Assembly: GCA_963823035.1 (NCBI GenBank)
Contig: CAWGKG010000010.1
Location: forward strand, 160,001 to 224,000
Direction of reading: 5' to 3'
Source of the DNA: an uncultured Gemmatimonadales bacterium
Lineage (GTDB): Bacteria; Gemmatimonadota; Gemmatimonadetes; Longimicrobiales; Gaopeijiaceae
DNA length: 64,000 nucleotides
The position numbers were made by a program, and so were the translations under genes. The notes beneath the pieces are model-generated. The model did no database searches. It saw only the letters and a list, made by a program, of their open reading frames with translations, and was not told the DNA's origin. Of the stretch, positions 1 to 10,357 are shown piece after piece; the stretch's first letter is position 1; each line of letters begins with the position of its first letter.

Positions 1-774
1 TACGCGGCCACCTACACCGGGGGAGGCGCGAACTTCGCAGCCGTGGGCGCGGCGCTCGGCACGAGCGGCGACCTCTTCGCCGCCGGCGTCGCGGCCGACG
101 TGATCGTGACCGCGATCTGGATGGCGATCTGCCTGACCGCGCCGGTGGTCCTCGCTCGCGTGTCCCGGGTGCGCGGGGGCGGGAGCGACGCGGCGATCGA
201 GCGGCCGGACGTCGGGGAGGCCGGGGGCCGGCTCTACGCGACGCTCGGCTCGGTGGACATCCTCGACATCGCGGTGCTCGCCGTCATCGTCCTGGGCACG
301 CTGTGGGCGTCCGCGGCGATGGGCCGGGCGTTCCACGGGGTGCCCTCGGTGCTCTGGCTCACCACCATCGCGCTCGTGCTCGCGCAGATCCCCCGCGTCG
401 CCCGCGTCCGCGGCGCCGGCGTCATCGGCAACTGGCTCGTGCTCCTCTTCCTCGCCAGCAACGGCGCCAAGTCGGTGGTGGCGAACATCGTCGCGGTAGG
501 GCCGCCCGTGATGTGGTTCGCGCTCGTCACCGTCGGGGTGCACGGCGTGATCATCTTCGGCGTGGGGCTGCTGGTCCGCCTCGATCCCCGTACGCTCGCC
601 GTCGCGTCCCAGGCCAACATCGGCGGGTCGGCCTCCGCGATGGCGTTGGCGTCCGCACGGGGGTGGACGGCCGACCTCCTCCCGGGCATCGCGGTCGGGC
701 TCGCCGGCAACGCGGTGGGGAACTACATCGGCATCGCGGTGGCGGCGGTGGTGCATGGATGGCTGGGCGCGTAG
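1..774 (+). CDS. DUF819-family integral membrane protein (5' truncated by window edge)
   Basis: Open from base 1 (YAATYTGGGANF...); several hydrophobic helices; VASQANIGG..SA motif typical of DUF819. Confidence 0.8.
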   Translation, partial: YAATYTGGGANFAAVGAALGTSGDLFAAGVAADVIVTAIWMAICLTAPVVLARVSRVRGGGSDAAIERPDVGEAGGRLYATLGSVDILDIAVLAVIVLGTLWASAAMGRAFHGVPSVLWLTTIALVLAQIPRVARVRGAGVIGNWLVLLFLASNGAKSVVANIVAVGPPVMWFALVTVGVHGVIIFGVGLLVRLDPRTLAVASQANIGGSASAMALASARGWTADLLPGIAVGLAGNAVGNYIGIAVAAVVHGWLGA

Positions 775-784
775 CGTCCATGCC

Positions 785-2044
785 ATGAAGACGTCCCTCA
801 CCCCCCACGAGCGCGCCCTCCTGGCCGGCGAGCACGGTGAGGCCGCGGCGCTCGCGATGCGCGTCGTCGTGGCCGCGGCCGAGCTGCTCGGCGCCCCACG
901 CCTGGTCGAGATCGAGTCCGCGCATATCGACGGCTGCCTCTACCACGGAGACGGCGGCGTGGAGCTGGCCGAGAAGCTCGTGGCCGGCGGCGGCCGGGTG
1001 GCCGTGCCGACCACGCTGAACGTCGGCGCGCTCGACCTGCTGCACCCCGACAAGGTGCACGCCGACGCCCACCGCACGGCCATGGCGCGCCGCCAGATGG
1101 AGGCGTACCTGGCGCTGGGATGCGCGCCGACCTGGACGTGCGCGCCCTATCAGGCGGGGCACCGCCCGGCGACGGGCGCGCAGGTGGCGTGGGGCGAGAG
1201 CAACGCGATCGCCTTCGCCAACTCGGTGCTGGGCGCGCGCACGGAGCGCTACGGCGACTTCCTCGACGCCTGCTGTGCGCTCACCGCGCGGGCGCCCCTG
1301 CACGGCCTCCACCTCGTGGAGAACCGGCGCGCGACGGTCGTGGTGGACGCCTCCGCGGTCCCGGCGGCCCTCGCGGCCGACGACGTCTTCTACCCGGTGC
1401 TCGGGAGTTGGCTTGGGGCGGAGGTGGGGCGCGACGTGGCCGCCCTCGTCGGGCTGCCCACCACCGTCACCGAGGACCAGCTCAAGGCGCTCGGCGCCGC
1501 CGCGGCCTCGACCGGCGCGGTCGCGCTCTTCCACGTGGTGGGCGTGACCCCCGAGGCACCAACGCTCGAGGCCGCGACCGGCGGGATCGAGCCCGCGCGC
1601 ACGGTCGTGCTGACGGCGGACAGGCTGCGCCCTGCCCTCGACCGTCTCAGCACGACGACGGCGGAGGGCATCGACGCGGTCGCGGTGGGCAGTCCGCACC
1701 TGTCGCTGGACGAGGGGCGACGACTGGCCCGACTCGTGCGCGGACGGAGGATGGCCGTGCCCTTCTACGCGTGCACCGGGCGCGACGTCCTGAAGGTGCT
1801 CGACGCGGAGGGCGAGGCCGAAGTGCTCGCCGACGCCGGCGTCGACGTCGTCGTGGACACCTGCGTGGTGGTCACGCCGATCCTGCCGGCGGGGGGCGGC
1901 GTGCTCATGACGTGCTCGGGGAAGTTCGCGCACTACGGGCCCTCCAACACGGGCTACGAGGTGGTCTACGGGAGCCTGGAGGAATGCGTCGCCTCCGCGG
2001 AGACCGGCCGCGTGACGCGCGACGAGGCGGCGTGGGCGTGGTGA
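785..2044 (+). CDS. Aconitase X catalytic (large) subunit, DUF521; possible cis-3-hydroxy-L-proline dehydratase
   Basis: Motifs AHIDGC, PTTLN, TWTCAPY, AWGESNA, FHVVGVTPEA, GSPH, DTC, SGKFAHY; ATG at 785. Confidence 0.88.
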   Translation: MKTSLTPHERALLAGEHGEAAALAMRVVVAAAELLGAPRLVEIESAHIDGCLYHGDGGVELAEKLVAGGGRVAVPTTLNVGALDLLHPDKVHADAHRTAMARRQMEAYLALGCAPTWTCAPYQAGHRPATGAQVAWGESNAIAFANSVLGARTERYGDFLDACCALTARAPLHGLHLVENRRATVVVDASAVPAALAADDVFYPVLGSWLGAEVGRDVAALVGLPTTVTEDQLKALGAAAASTGAVALFHVVGVTPEAPTLEAATGGIEPARTVVLTADRLRPALDRLSTTTAEGIDAVAVGSPHLSLDEGRRLARLVRGRRMAVPFYACTGRDVLKVLDAEGEAEVLADAGVDVVVDTCVVVTPILPAGGGVLMTCSGKFAHYGPSNTGYEVVYGSLEECVASAETGRVTRDEAAWAW

Positions 2045-2454
2045 CGACCGTGACCGGCCGGCCGCTCGTGCCCGGGGCGGCCGAGGGGCCGCTCCTCCGG
2101 CTGCGCGCGCCCATCAGCTTCTGGGGCGGCGTCGATCCGGTCGCGGGCACGATCGCCGACCCGCGCCACCCGGACCACGGGCGCTCGATCGCCGGCACCG
2201 TCCTGCTGGTGCCGGCGCCCATCGGGTCCTCCTCGTCGAGCGCCATCATGCTGGAGCTCCTCCGGGAGGGAACCGCCCCCGCGGCCGTGCTTCTCGGGCG
2301 GGCGGACGCCATCCTCGCGCTGGGCGTGGTGGTCGGGCGGGAGCTGGGCTACGCACCGATTCCGGTCCTCGAGGTGGCCCCCGCCGCCTTCGACGGCGTG
2401 GCCGACGGTACCACCGTGCGCGTCGGAGCGGACGGCGCGACATTCACCGGATGA
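2041..2454 (+). CDS. Aconitase X swivel (small) subunit, DUF126
   Basis: GTGA overlap with upstream stop; PISFWGGVDP..G.I.D..HP..G, GSSSSS motif. Confidence 0.88.
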   Translation: MTTVTGRPLVPGAAEGPLLRLRAPISFWGGVDPVAGTIADPRHPDHGRSIAGTVLLVPAPIGSSSSSAIMLELLREGTAPAAVLLGRADAILALGVVVGRELGYAPIPVLEVAPAAFDGVADGTTVRVGADGATFTG

Positions 2455-5400
2455 CCGAGTCGAAGATCCTCTCGCTCCCGCTTCCGGACGCAGCGGCGCG
2501 CCGCCGGATCCGCGAGGAGCTCGACGTCGACTTCCTGGTCGAGGCGGGCGCCGGGTCGGGGAAGACCACCGAGCTCGTCAACCGGATGACCGCGCTCGTG
2601 GCCACCGGCACGGCCACGGTCGACGGGATCGCCGCGGTCACCTTCACGCGCAAGGCGGCCGCGGAGCTGCGCGAACGCTTCCAGGCGCGGCTCGAATCCG
2701 CGCTGCGGCAGGAGGGCGACGACGCGCCGGACCCGGAATCCCGCACGCGCTTGCGTGCCGCGCTGGAGGACATCGACCGCGCGTTCGTCGGGACGATCCA
2801 CGCCTTCTGCGCACGCCTCCTGCGCGAGCGGCCACTCGAGGTGGGGCTCGATCCTGGGTTCGAGGAGCTGCCGGTGGAGGAGCGGGCCGGGTTCTACCGT
2901 CGCTTCTGGGAGTCGTACCTCGAGCGGCTGACGCGGGATACCGACCCGGTGCTCGAGGAGCTCGCCGAGGCCGGCCTGAGGACGTCGCAACTGTACCGCC
3001 TCTTCACGCACCTGGCCGACAACCCCGACGTGGAGTTCCCGGCAGAGGCGACCCGGCCGCCGTCGGCGTCGGAGGTCGCGGCGGTGCGGCGGGACCTCGA
3101 GGCCATCGTTGGGCGCGGTCGCGAGCTCATGCCCGAGCGCGAGCCGGAACGAGGATGGGACCCGTTCCAGAAGAAGCTGCGCACCGCCTGGTTCACCCTG
3201 GACGTCACCGGGTGGAAGCGGCGCGCCGAGTTCTTCGACGCGCTGACGCTCCTGTGCCGTACCGGGAAGAGCCCGCACAAGACGACGTACAACCGCTGGA
3301 AGGACACGCCGCTCACCCGGGACCTCGTGGCGCGCGCCAACGCCTTCGGCTTTGGCGACACGGCTGCGCTCCGTCTCCTGGAGCGGTGGCACGCGCACCG
3401 CTACGCGCTGGCGCTGCGGCTCACGAAGCGGGCGGCGGAGGAGTTCGCGGAGCACCGCCGGCGTGTCGGTCGCCTCGACTTCCAGGATCTCCTCCTCCTG
3501 ACCGCGCGGCTGCTGCGCCGGAACGCGGGTGCGCGTTCGGAGCTGGGACGGCGCTACCGCAGGCTGCTGATCGACGAGTTCCAGGACACGGATCCGCTGC
3601 AGGCCGAGATCATGCTCCTCCTGGCGTCCGAGCCGGCAGGGGGGGAGGGGGACGACGCGGCGGCGGAGGTCGAGGTCGACGGGGAGCCGGCCGCCCGGAG
3701 CGCCGACTGGCGCACCGCCGTGCCGCGACCGGGCGCGCTCTTCGTGGTGGGGGACCCCAAGCAGAGCATCTACCGCTTCCGGCGGGCCGACATCCAGCTC
3801 TACGAGTTCGTGAAGGCCCGCTTCCGCGCCTTCGGCGACGTGCTGGACCTCACCGCCAACTTCCGCTCCCGCCCGCCGATCGGGGACCTCGTCAACGAGG
3901 TCTTCGACAACCCCGAGTTCTTTCCGGAGGAAGCGACCACCGAACAGGCACGCTTCGAGCCGCTGCGCACCCGCCCGTCCGCGGACCCGGCGCCCGAGGA
4001 GGGCGTGTTCTGGTACGGCGTGCACCCGCCGAGGGACGTGAATGCGCTCGTCGCGGAGGACGACGCGGGCCGCCTCTCCACCTGGATCCGCGACCGCGTG
4101 GAGTTGGGCGAGCGCGGGGCCGGGGACTTCCTGGTCCTCACCCGCAACAAGCGGAGCCTGTCGATCTACGCCCGGGCGATGGAGGCGCGCGGGATCCCGG
4201 TGCAGGTGACGGGGGCAGGGGTGGGCGTCGAGTTGGAGTTGACCGAGCTGGTGGCGCTCCTGGAGTGCATGATCGACCCGAGCGATCCGGTGCTCGTGGT
4301 CGCCGTTCTCGTGGGGCTCTTCTTCGGCCTCGATCACCAGCGGCTGGTGGACCACCGCCTGGCCGGCGGCTCCTTCGACGTGATGCAGCCGGGCGGCGTC
4401 GGAGACGAGGAAGTGTGTACGGCGCTCGCGACGCTGCACCGGTGGTGGAGGGCCGCGAGCCGCGAGCCGGCGGATGTCTTCCTCGGGCGTGTGGTCCCGG
4501 AGCTCGGCCTCCTTCCCCTGGCCGCCGCAGGCGAGTTGGGCGCGATCCGGGCGGGCGCTCTCGTGTACGCGCTCGACGCCGTCCGTGCCGCCGCGCTCGC
4601 CGGAGACGCCTCGCTTCCGGGGGCGCTGGACGCCGTGCGGGCGGCGTTGGAGGCCGCCGAGGCGGAGGCGCCCCTGCAGCCCGGGCGCCCGGACGTGGTG
4701 CGGCTCATGAACCTGCACCAGGCCAAGGGGCTGGAGGCGCCCGTGGTGGTGCTGGCCGACCCGACCTCGCCGCCCGACGTGTCTCCGGACCTGCACGTCG
4801 AGCGACGGCCGGACGGCGTGGCGGTCGGCTACCTGGACGTCTCGGAGAACCGGGGCGGCTTCCGCGGGAGCGCGCCCCTGGCCCGCCCTCCGGAATGGGC
4901 GGCGAAGCAGGAGGCCGAGGCGCGCTTCGACCGCGCGGAGCAGGTGCGTCTCCTCTATGTGGCCGCGACGCGCGCACGGGACGAACTGGTGGTGGCCCGC
5001 CGCCCCGCGAAGCCCGGGGCCTCGGCGTGGAGCCCACTGGACGCCTGGCTCGTGGAGAAGGGAACCGAGCTGGCGCTCGAGGCGCGTGCGCCGCGACCCA
5101 GGGAGGAGCTGCGCGTCACGCCGAAGGAGATGGGGGAGCGTGTCCAGGCCGCCGGGGCGCGCGTGCGCCGGATGGCCGAGCCGTCGTTTCGACACGTGAC
5201 GGTCACGGAGGTGGCGAAGTCCGGTACGCCCGAGGACGTCTCCCCGCGGGAGCTGCCTCCCGTGGCCCTGCGGGAGGCGTTCCGCGGGTATTCGTGGGGT
5301 AGCGCCGTTCATGGAGCGCTGGCTGCCGCGGCGACGGACGACTCCGAGGTGACGCTGCGCGCCGCGTGCCGGGCGCTCCTGGTGGAACACGGCCGGCCGC

Positions 5401-5936
5401 TGGACGACCACGGCGAGCCTCGCGAAGTCGAGGAGCTGCTCGCGCTCGTGCGCTCGGTGCGGGCTTCCGAGCTCTGGCGGCGCGCGGCGGCGGCGGGGCG
5501 GGTGCTGGTGGAGGTGCCGTTCGCGGCGCCCGGCGCGACGCGCGCGCCCGAGCGGCCACCGCCGGAGCCGAGTGGTGCGCCCGCGAAGGACGCCCGACCG
5601 CTGCGTCAGTTGGATCTCTTCGGGACCGCGACCGAGGAGGCACCCTCGTCCGCCCCGGAAGAGGGCGAGGAGCCCGGGTCCGAAGGCGGCCAGGAGGAGG
5701 GTCCGCGCCGCGCGGTGCTGGAGGGGGTGATCGACCTCGCCTTCCGGGAACAGGGCGGGTGGGTGATCGCGGACTACAAGACCGACGTCGGCACGGATCC
5801 GGCGTTCCGGACGCGCCTGGAGGCGTACCGCCGTCAGGTCGACCTGTACGCAGAGGCATGGGCGCGCCTCACCGGCGAGCCGGTCAAGGAGCGCGTGCTC
5901 TACTTCACATCCCAGGGGAGGGTGGAAGCGTGGTGA
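2451..5936 (+). CDS. addA: AddA/RecB-like UvrD helicase-nuclease
   Basis: Walker A EAGAGSGKT, TFTRKAA, DEFQDT, VGDPKQSIYRFR, HQAKGLE, LYVAATRA, C-terminal PD-(D/E)xK GVIDL...DYKT. Confidence 0.88.
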   Translation: MTESKILSLPLPDAAARRRIREELDVDFLVEAGAGSGKTTELVNRMTALVATGTATVDGIAAVTFTRKAAAELRERFQARLESALRQEGDDAPDPESRTRLRAALEDIDRAFVGTIHAFCARLLRERPLEVGLDPGFEELPVEERAGFYRRFWESYLERLTRDTDPVLEELAEAGLRTSQLYRLFTHLADNPDVEFPAEATRPPSASEVAAVRRDLEAIVGRGRELMPEREPERGWDPFQKKLRTAWFTLDVTGWKRRAEFFDALTLLCRTGKSPHKTTYNRWKDTPLTRDLVARANAFGFGDTAALRLLERWHAHRYALALRLTKRAAEEFAEHRRRVGRLDFQDLLLLTARLLRRNAGARSELGRRYRRLLIDEFQDTDPLQAEIMLLLASEPAGGEGDDAAAEVEVDGEPAARSADWRTAVPRPGALFVVGDPKQSIYRFRRADIQLYEFVKARFRAFGDVLDLTANFRSRPPIGDLVNEVFDNPEFFPEEATTEQARFEPLRTRPSADPAPEEGVFWYGVHPPRDVNALVAEDDAGRLSTWIRDRVELGERGAGDFLVLTRNKRSLSIYARAMEARGIPVQVTGAGVGVELELTELVALLECMIDPSDPVLVVAVLVGLFFGLDHQRLVDHRLAGGSFDVMQPGGVGDEEVCTALATLHRWWRAASREPADVFLGRVVPELGLLPLAAAGELGAIRAGALVYALDAVRAAALAGDASLPGALDAVRAALEAAEAEAPLQPGRPDVVRLMNLHQAKGLEAPVVVLADPTSPPDVSPDLHVERRPDGVAVGYLDVSENRGGFRGSAPLARPPEWAAKQEAEARFDRAEQVRLLYVAATRARDELVVARRPAKPGASAWSPLDAWLVEKGTELALEARAPRPREELRVTPKEMGERVQAAGARVRRMAEPSFRHVTVTEVAKSGTPEDVSPRELPPVALREAFRGYSWGSAVHGALAAAATDDSEVTLRAACRALLVEHGRPLDDHGEPREVEELLALVRSVRASELWRRAAAAGRVLVEVPFAAPGATRAPERPPPEPSGAPAKDARPLRQLDLFGTATEEAPSSAPEEGEEPGSEGGQEEGPRRAVLEGVIDLAFREQGGWVIADYKTDVGTDPAFRTRLEAYRRQVDLYAEAWARLTGEPVKERVLYFTSQGRVEAW

Positions 5937-5941
5937 GGCGC

Positions 5942-8704
5942 ATGGCGCAGGGAATCGCGACGGTGGTGGCGGCCATCCTGGCGGCGGCTCCGGCCGGTGC
6001 GCAGGAGAAGCCCACCCTCACCCCGGCCGACTACGGCCGGTGGGAGACGCTCGGGCGGGCGCAGCTCTCGCCCGACGGGGGTTGGCTGGCCTACGACATT
6101 CGGCGGGTGGACCAGAAGGACGAGCTGCGGGTGCGTGCCCTCGACGAAGACAGCGCGCGCGTCGTGCCCTTCGGCTCGGATGCCACCTTCAGCAACGACG
6201 GCCGTTGGCTCGCCTATGCCATCGGCCTCTCCCCCGAGCAGGAGAAGGACGACGACGCGCGGGAGAGCACGGGGCTGCTCGACCTGAGGGCTCGTCGGGA
6301 CACCACCTTCGAGGGCGCAACCGACTTCGACTTCAGCGACGACGGGGCCTACCTCGCGCTGTACCGCGAGGGGAGCGGGGAGGACGAGGCGGGCGACCTC
6401 GTCGTTCACGACCTCGCCACGGGCGCGGAGGTCCCGCTCGGGAACGTGGACAGCTGGGCGTGGAGCCCGACCGGCCACCTGCTCGCGGCGACGCTCCGTA
6501 CGGCCTCCGGGTCCGGCGGCGGTGTGCAGCTCTTCGATCCGGGCACGGGGACGCTGCGCGTGCTCGACCGGTCGGACACGGAGTACGCCCAGCTCACCTG
6601 GCGGGAGGACGACGACGACCTCGCCGTGCTGCGCGCACGCTCGGACGAGGGGTTCGACGAGGACACCCAGGTCGTTCTGGTGTGGCGTGACCTCTCCGGA
6701 AGGGCCGCGGCCCCTCTGGTGCTCGACCCGGACGCGGCGCCCGGCTTCCCGGAGGGGATGCGCATCGCCGACTCGATGGAGCCGGAGTGGTCCGCGGACG
6801 GACGCTCCGTGTTCATCGGACTCCGGCCCCGCGAGCGGAGCGACGCGGCGGACGAAGCGACCGAGGCGGATTCCCTGTCCGTGAGACGAGGCGGGGGAGA
6901 CGGAGGAACCCGACGAGGAGAAGCGCTCCGAGGTCCAGGTGTGGACGACCGACGACGCCCGGATCATCCCCATGCAGCGCGCCCAGGAGGACCGCGATCT
7001 CGCGCGTACGCTGCTCGCCACCTGGCGCGTGGACGATGGACGCGTGGTGCAGCTCGGCACGGACCTGATGGCGACGACGGAGCTCCTCGAAGGCGGCCGC
7101 GACGCGATCGAGTTCGACGAGAAGCCGTACGAGCGGGATGTGATGTTCGGGCGCGCCTGGCAGGACGTCTATCGCATCGACACCCGCTCGGGGGAGCGTA
7201 CGCGCCTGCTGGACAAGGTGCGCTACGCGTACGCGGGTAGCCCGGAAGGCCGCTACCTCCTGTATTTCCAGGGGGACGACTGGTGGTCGCTCGACCTGAC
7301 CACCGGCGAGACCGCGAACCTCACCGATACGCTCGACGGCGACTTCGCGGATCGGACGTACGACTACCCGGTGATGCAGTTGCCGCCCCAGGGCTTCCGG
7401 CCGCTCGGTTGGATCGACGGGGAGGCGGCCGTGCTCCTGCGGGACCGCCTGGACGTATGGGCCGTGCGCCCGGACGGATCCGGCGGGAACCGTCTGACGG
7501 ACGGCGCCGCGGAGGAGATCGAGTACGGCGTCGTATCGCTCGATCCTGACGCCGACTCTTTCGACTCCTCCGAGCCGCTCTATCTCTCGCTCTTCGGGAA
7601 GAAGACGAAGCGCTCGGGCTTCGCGCGCGTCGATCTCCGGAAGACGAAGGGCGGGTACGCCGCGAGAGGCGACGTGCACCGCCTCGTGTGGCAGGACGCG
7701 TCGCTCGCCCGGTTGACGAAGGCTGCGGACGCCGACCTGTACGCCTACGTCGCCCAGCGTTTCGACGACTCCCCGGACGTCTTCGTGGGCGGGCCGCGGC
7801 TCGAGGGCGCGCGCCAGGTGACGCACACCAACCCCTTCCAGGGCGACTATGCCTGGGGGCACGCGGAGACGGTGGACTTCACCAGCCGCGCGGGCGTGCC
7901 GCTGCAGGCCACGCTGCTCTATCCGGCGGGGTGGGAGGCGGGGCGGAAATACCCGATGATCGTGTACACGTACGAGCTGCTCTCCGACGGCGTCCACCGC
8001 TACGAGGTGCCGTCCGAGCGGGACTACTACGACTTCCAGGCGTGGACGCAGGAGGGCTACTTCGTCCTTGCAGCCGGACATCGTCTACCGTCCGCGGGAG
8101 CCGGGGATCTCCGCGGTGGACGCGGTGGTCCCGGCGGTCGCGAAGATCGTCGACATGGGGCTGGTGGACGCCGACCGCGTGGGGCTGATCGGCCACTCGT
8201 GGGGCGGCTACCAGGCGGCCTTCATCCCGACCCAGACGGACATCTTCGCCACGTCGGTGTCGGGCGCGCCGCTCACGGACTTCCTGAGCATGCCCGGCTC
8301 GCTGCACTGGCGCCCCGGCTTTCCCGAGTTCGGCCACTGGGAGACCGGGCAGGCCCGCATGGGCGTGCCGCCGTGGGAGGACTTCGAGGCACACGTGCGC
8401 AACTCCCCGGTGGCGCACATCCAGGACCTGCACACGCCCATGCTGCTCATGCAGGGCGACGACGACGGCACGGTGGACTTCCGTCAGGGCGTGGAGTTCT
8501 ACAACTACGCCCGCCGTGCCGGGAAGGAGCTCGTGTTCCTCGTCTATCCCGGGTGAGGACCACGGCCTGCGCCGCGAGGAGGACCAGAAGGACTACCACC
8601 GGCGCATCGTGCAGTGGTTCGCACACTACCTGAAGGGTGAGCCGGCGGCCGACTGGATGAGCGGGGTGAGCTGGCTCGAGCGGAAGAAGGAGCTCGGCGG
8701 GTGA
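5942..8704 (+). CDS. Exported S9 family peptidase; frameshifts near 6880, 8068 and 8550
   Basis: Signal peptide ending AGA-QEK, beta-propeller repeats (SPDGGWLAY), nucleophile GHSWGGY, catalytic Asp (DDGTV) and His (EDHG) spread over successive frames. Confidence 0.85.
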
Positions 8705-9671
8705 GGAGCGTGGGGCGAGGATGGGCGGGGCGCTCGCGCGGCCTGGATCGCCGTGGGCGGCGATCGCTGCCTGGCGTCGACGATCGCGCTGTCCGCGACG
8801 GCCCCGGGGCTCGACGCGCAGCAACCCCGCACCCGTCTCGTACTCCTCGGCGTGGGGACGCCGAACGCCGATCCCGAGCGCTCGGGGCCCGCCACCGCCG
8901 TGGTGGTGGATGACCGGGCCTACCTCGTCGACGCCGGGCCGGGCGTGGTGCGGCGCGCCGCGCAGGCGGCGCGCGACCGTGGGATCGGCGCGCTTGCGCC
9001 CGGGCACCTCGACCGGGTCTTCCTCACGCACCTCCACTCCGACCACACCGTGGGGCTACCGGACCTCCTCCTCACCCCGTGGGTGCTGGACCGGCCCGAT
9101 CCGCTGGAGGTGTACGGCCCTCCCGGCACGGCGTCGATGATGGAGCACATCGAAGCGGCGTGGGCGGAGGACATCCGCATCCGGCGCGACGGCCTCGAGC
9201 CCCGAGACGCCAACCGCGACGCGTACCGCTCCGTGGTGCACGAGGTCGCACCCGGCCTCGTCTACCAGGACGACCTCGTGAAGGTGTGGGCGATCGCCGT
9301 GCCGCACGGGTCGTGGGAGCACGCGTACGCCTACCGCTTCGAGGGCCCCGACCGGACGATCGTGATCTCGGGCGATACCGCGCCGACCGACGTGCTGGCG
9401 GACGCGTGCAACGGCTGCGACGTCCTCGTGCACGAGGTGTACAGCGCCGAGCGCTTCTCCGGCCGCCCCCCGGAGTGGCAGCGCTACCACCGCGCCTTCC
9501 ACACGTCCACGACCGAGCTGGCCGCCCTGGCCGCGCGCGCGCGCCCGAAGCTGCTGGTGCTCTACCACCAGCTCTTCTGGGGCACGGACGACGAGGGGCT
9601 CGTGGGGGAGATCCGCGCCGCCGGGTACGCCGGGAGACGTCCGCTCGGGGAGGGACCTGGACGTCTTCTGA
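8701..9671 (+). CDS. Exported MBL-fold metallo-hydrolase (RNase Z/AtsA-like); frameshifts at both ends
   Basis: LLGVGTP, VDAGPG, THLHSDH, ISGDT, LVHE, FHT, LYH motifs; C-terminus GRDLDVF-TGA at 9669-9671 in a shifted frame. Confidence 0.8.
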
Positions 9672-9686
9672 GGGCGAAGGGTGAGG

Positions 9687-10350
9687 CTAGGGTCGGATGC
9701 CGATCCCGATCGACAGCATCAGGTCGCTCTGCCGCTGGTCCTGGGTCGCGATGCCACGCGTCGGCAACTTCGCCTGGTCGAAGGTGCTGGGGAGGTAGCG
9801 GACCTCGGCGGCCACGTCGATGGGGCCCAGACCGACGCCCACGAAGCCGATCCCGAGATCGGCCGTGGGTCGGATCTGGCGCTCCGCGTCGGTCAGGTCG
9901 AACGAGTACGCCTTGAACCCTCCTCCGAGCCGGAGCGTCGGCTCGACGTAGTCGCCGAGCCAACCCGTGCCGGTCAGGACGATGCCCGCCGTGCCCGCCA
10001 CCAGCGTCGCTCGGGCGGACGGACCCACCACCGCCGGTCGGATCGCGCTTCCCGGGCGGATCGTGCCGAATGCCGCCGTCGCGTTGGCGAAGGCCGACAC
10101 GGAGCCCATCACGCGGTAGCGGGCCTCCAAGTGCGAAGGCCGGGCCGGCCGCGAGGCCCGTATCGTCGGTGTCGGCCGCCTTGATCAGCGACGAGAACGG
10201 CACGTAGGCGCCGCTCCACGCGCCGATCCTCCAGGGTCCGCCGTCGGCCTCCTGGGCGCGTGCCCCCGACACCGGAAGGATCATCAACCCGGTGGCTACG
10301 AAGAGGGATCGGAGCAGCGCCATCGTCCTGTCGATCGATTCGCGTCTCAT
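9687..10350 (-). CDS. Hypothetical small outer-membrane beta-barrel protein; frameshift near 10130
   Basis: Signal peptide ending ARA-QEA; alternating amphipathic strands ending LMLSIGIGIRP. Confidence 0.55.
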
Positions 10351-10357
10351 GGGGAGG

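Noticed and set aside
2349..5411. 1020-aa antisense ORF and many other long overlapping ORFs (e.g. 13800-15422, 56612-58642, the upstream part of 33669-36239)
   Set aside because: Shadow ORFs expected at high GC, opposite or out of frame to genes with clear family motifs; Arg/Pro/Gly-rich or without motifs.
8554..8556. TGA in the S9 peptidase as possible selenocysteine
   Set aside because: The continuation (GEDHGLRR) is in a different frame; this is a 1-nt insertion and not a Cys position.
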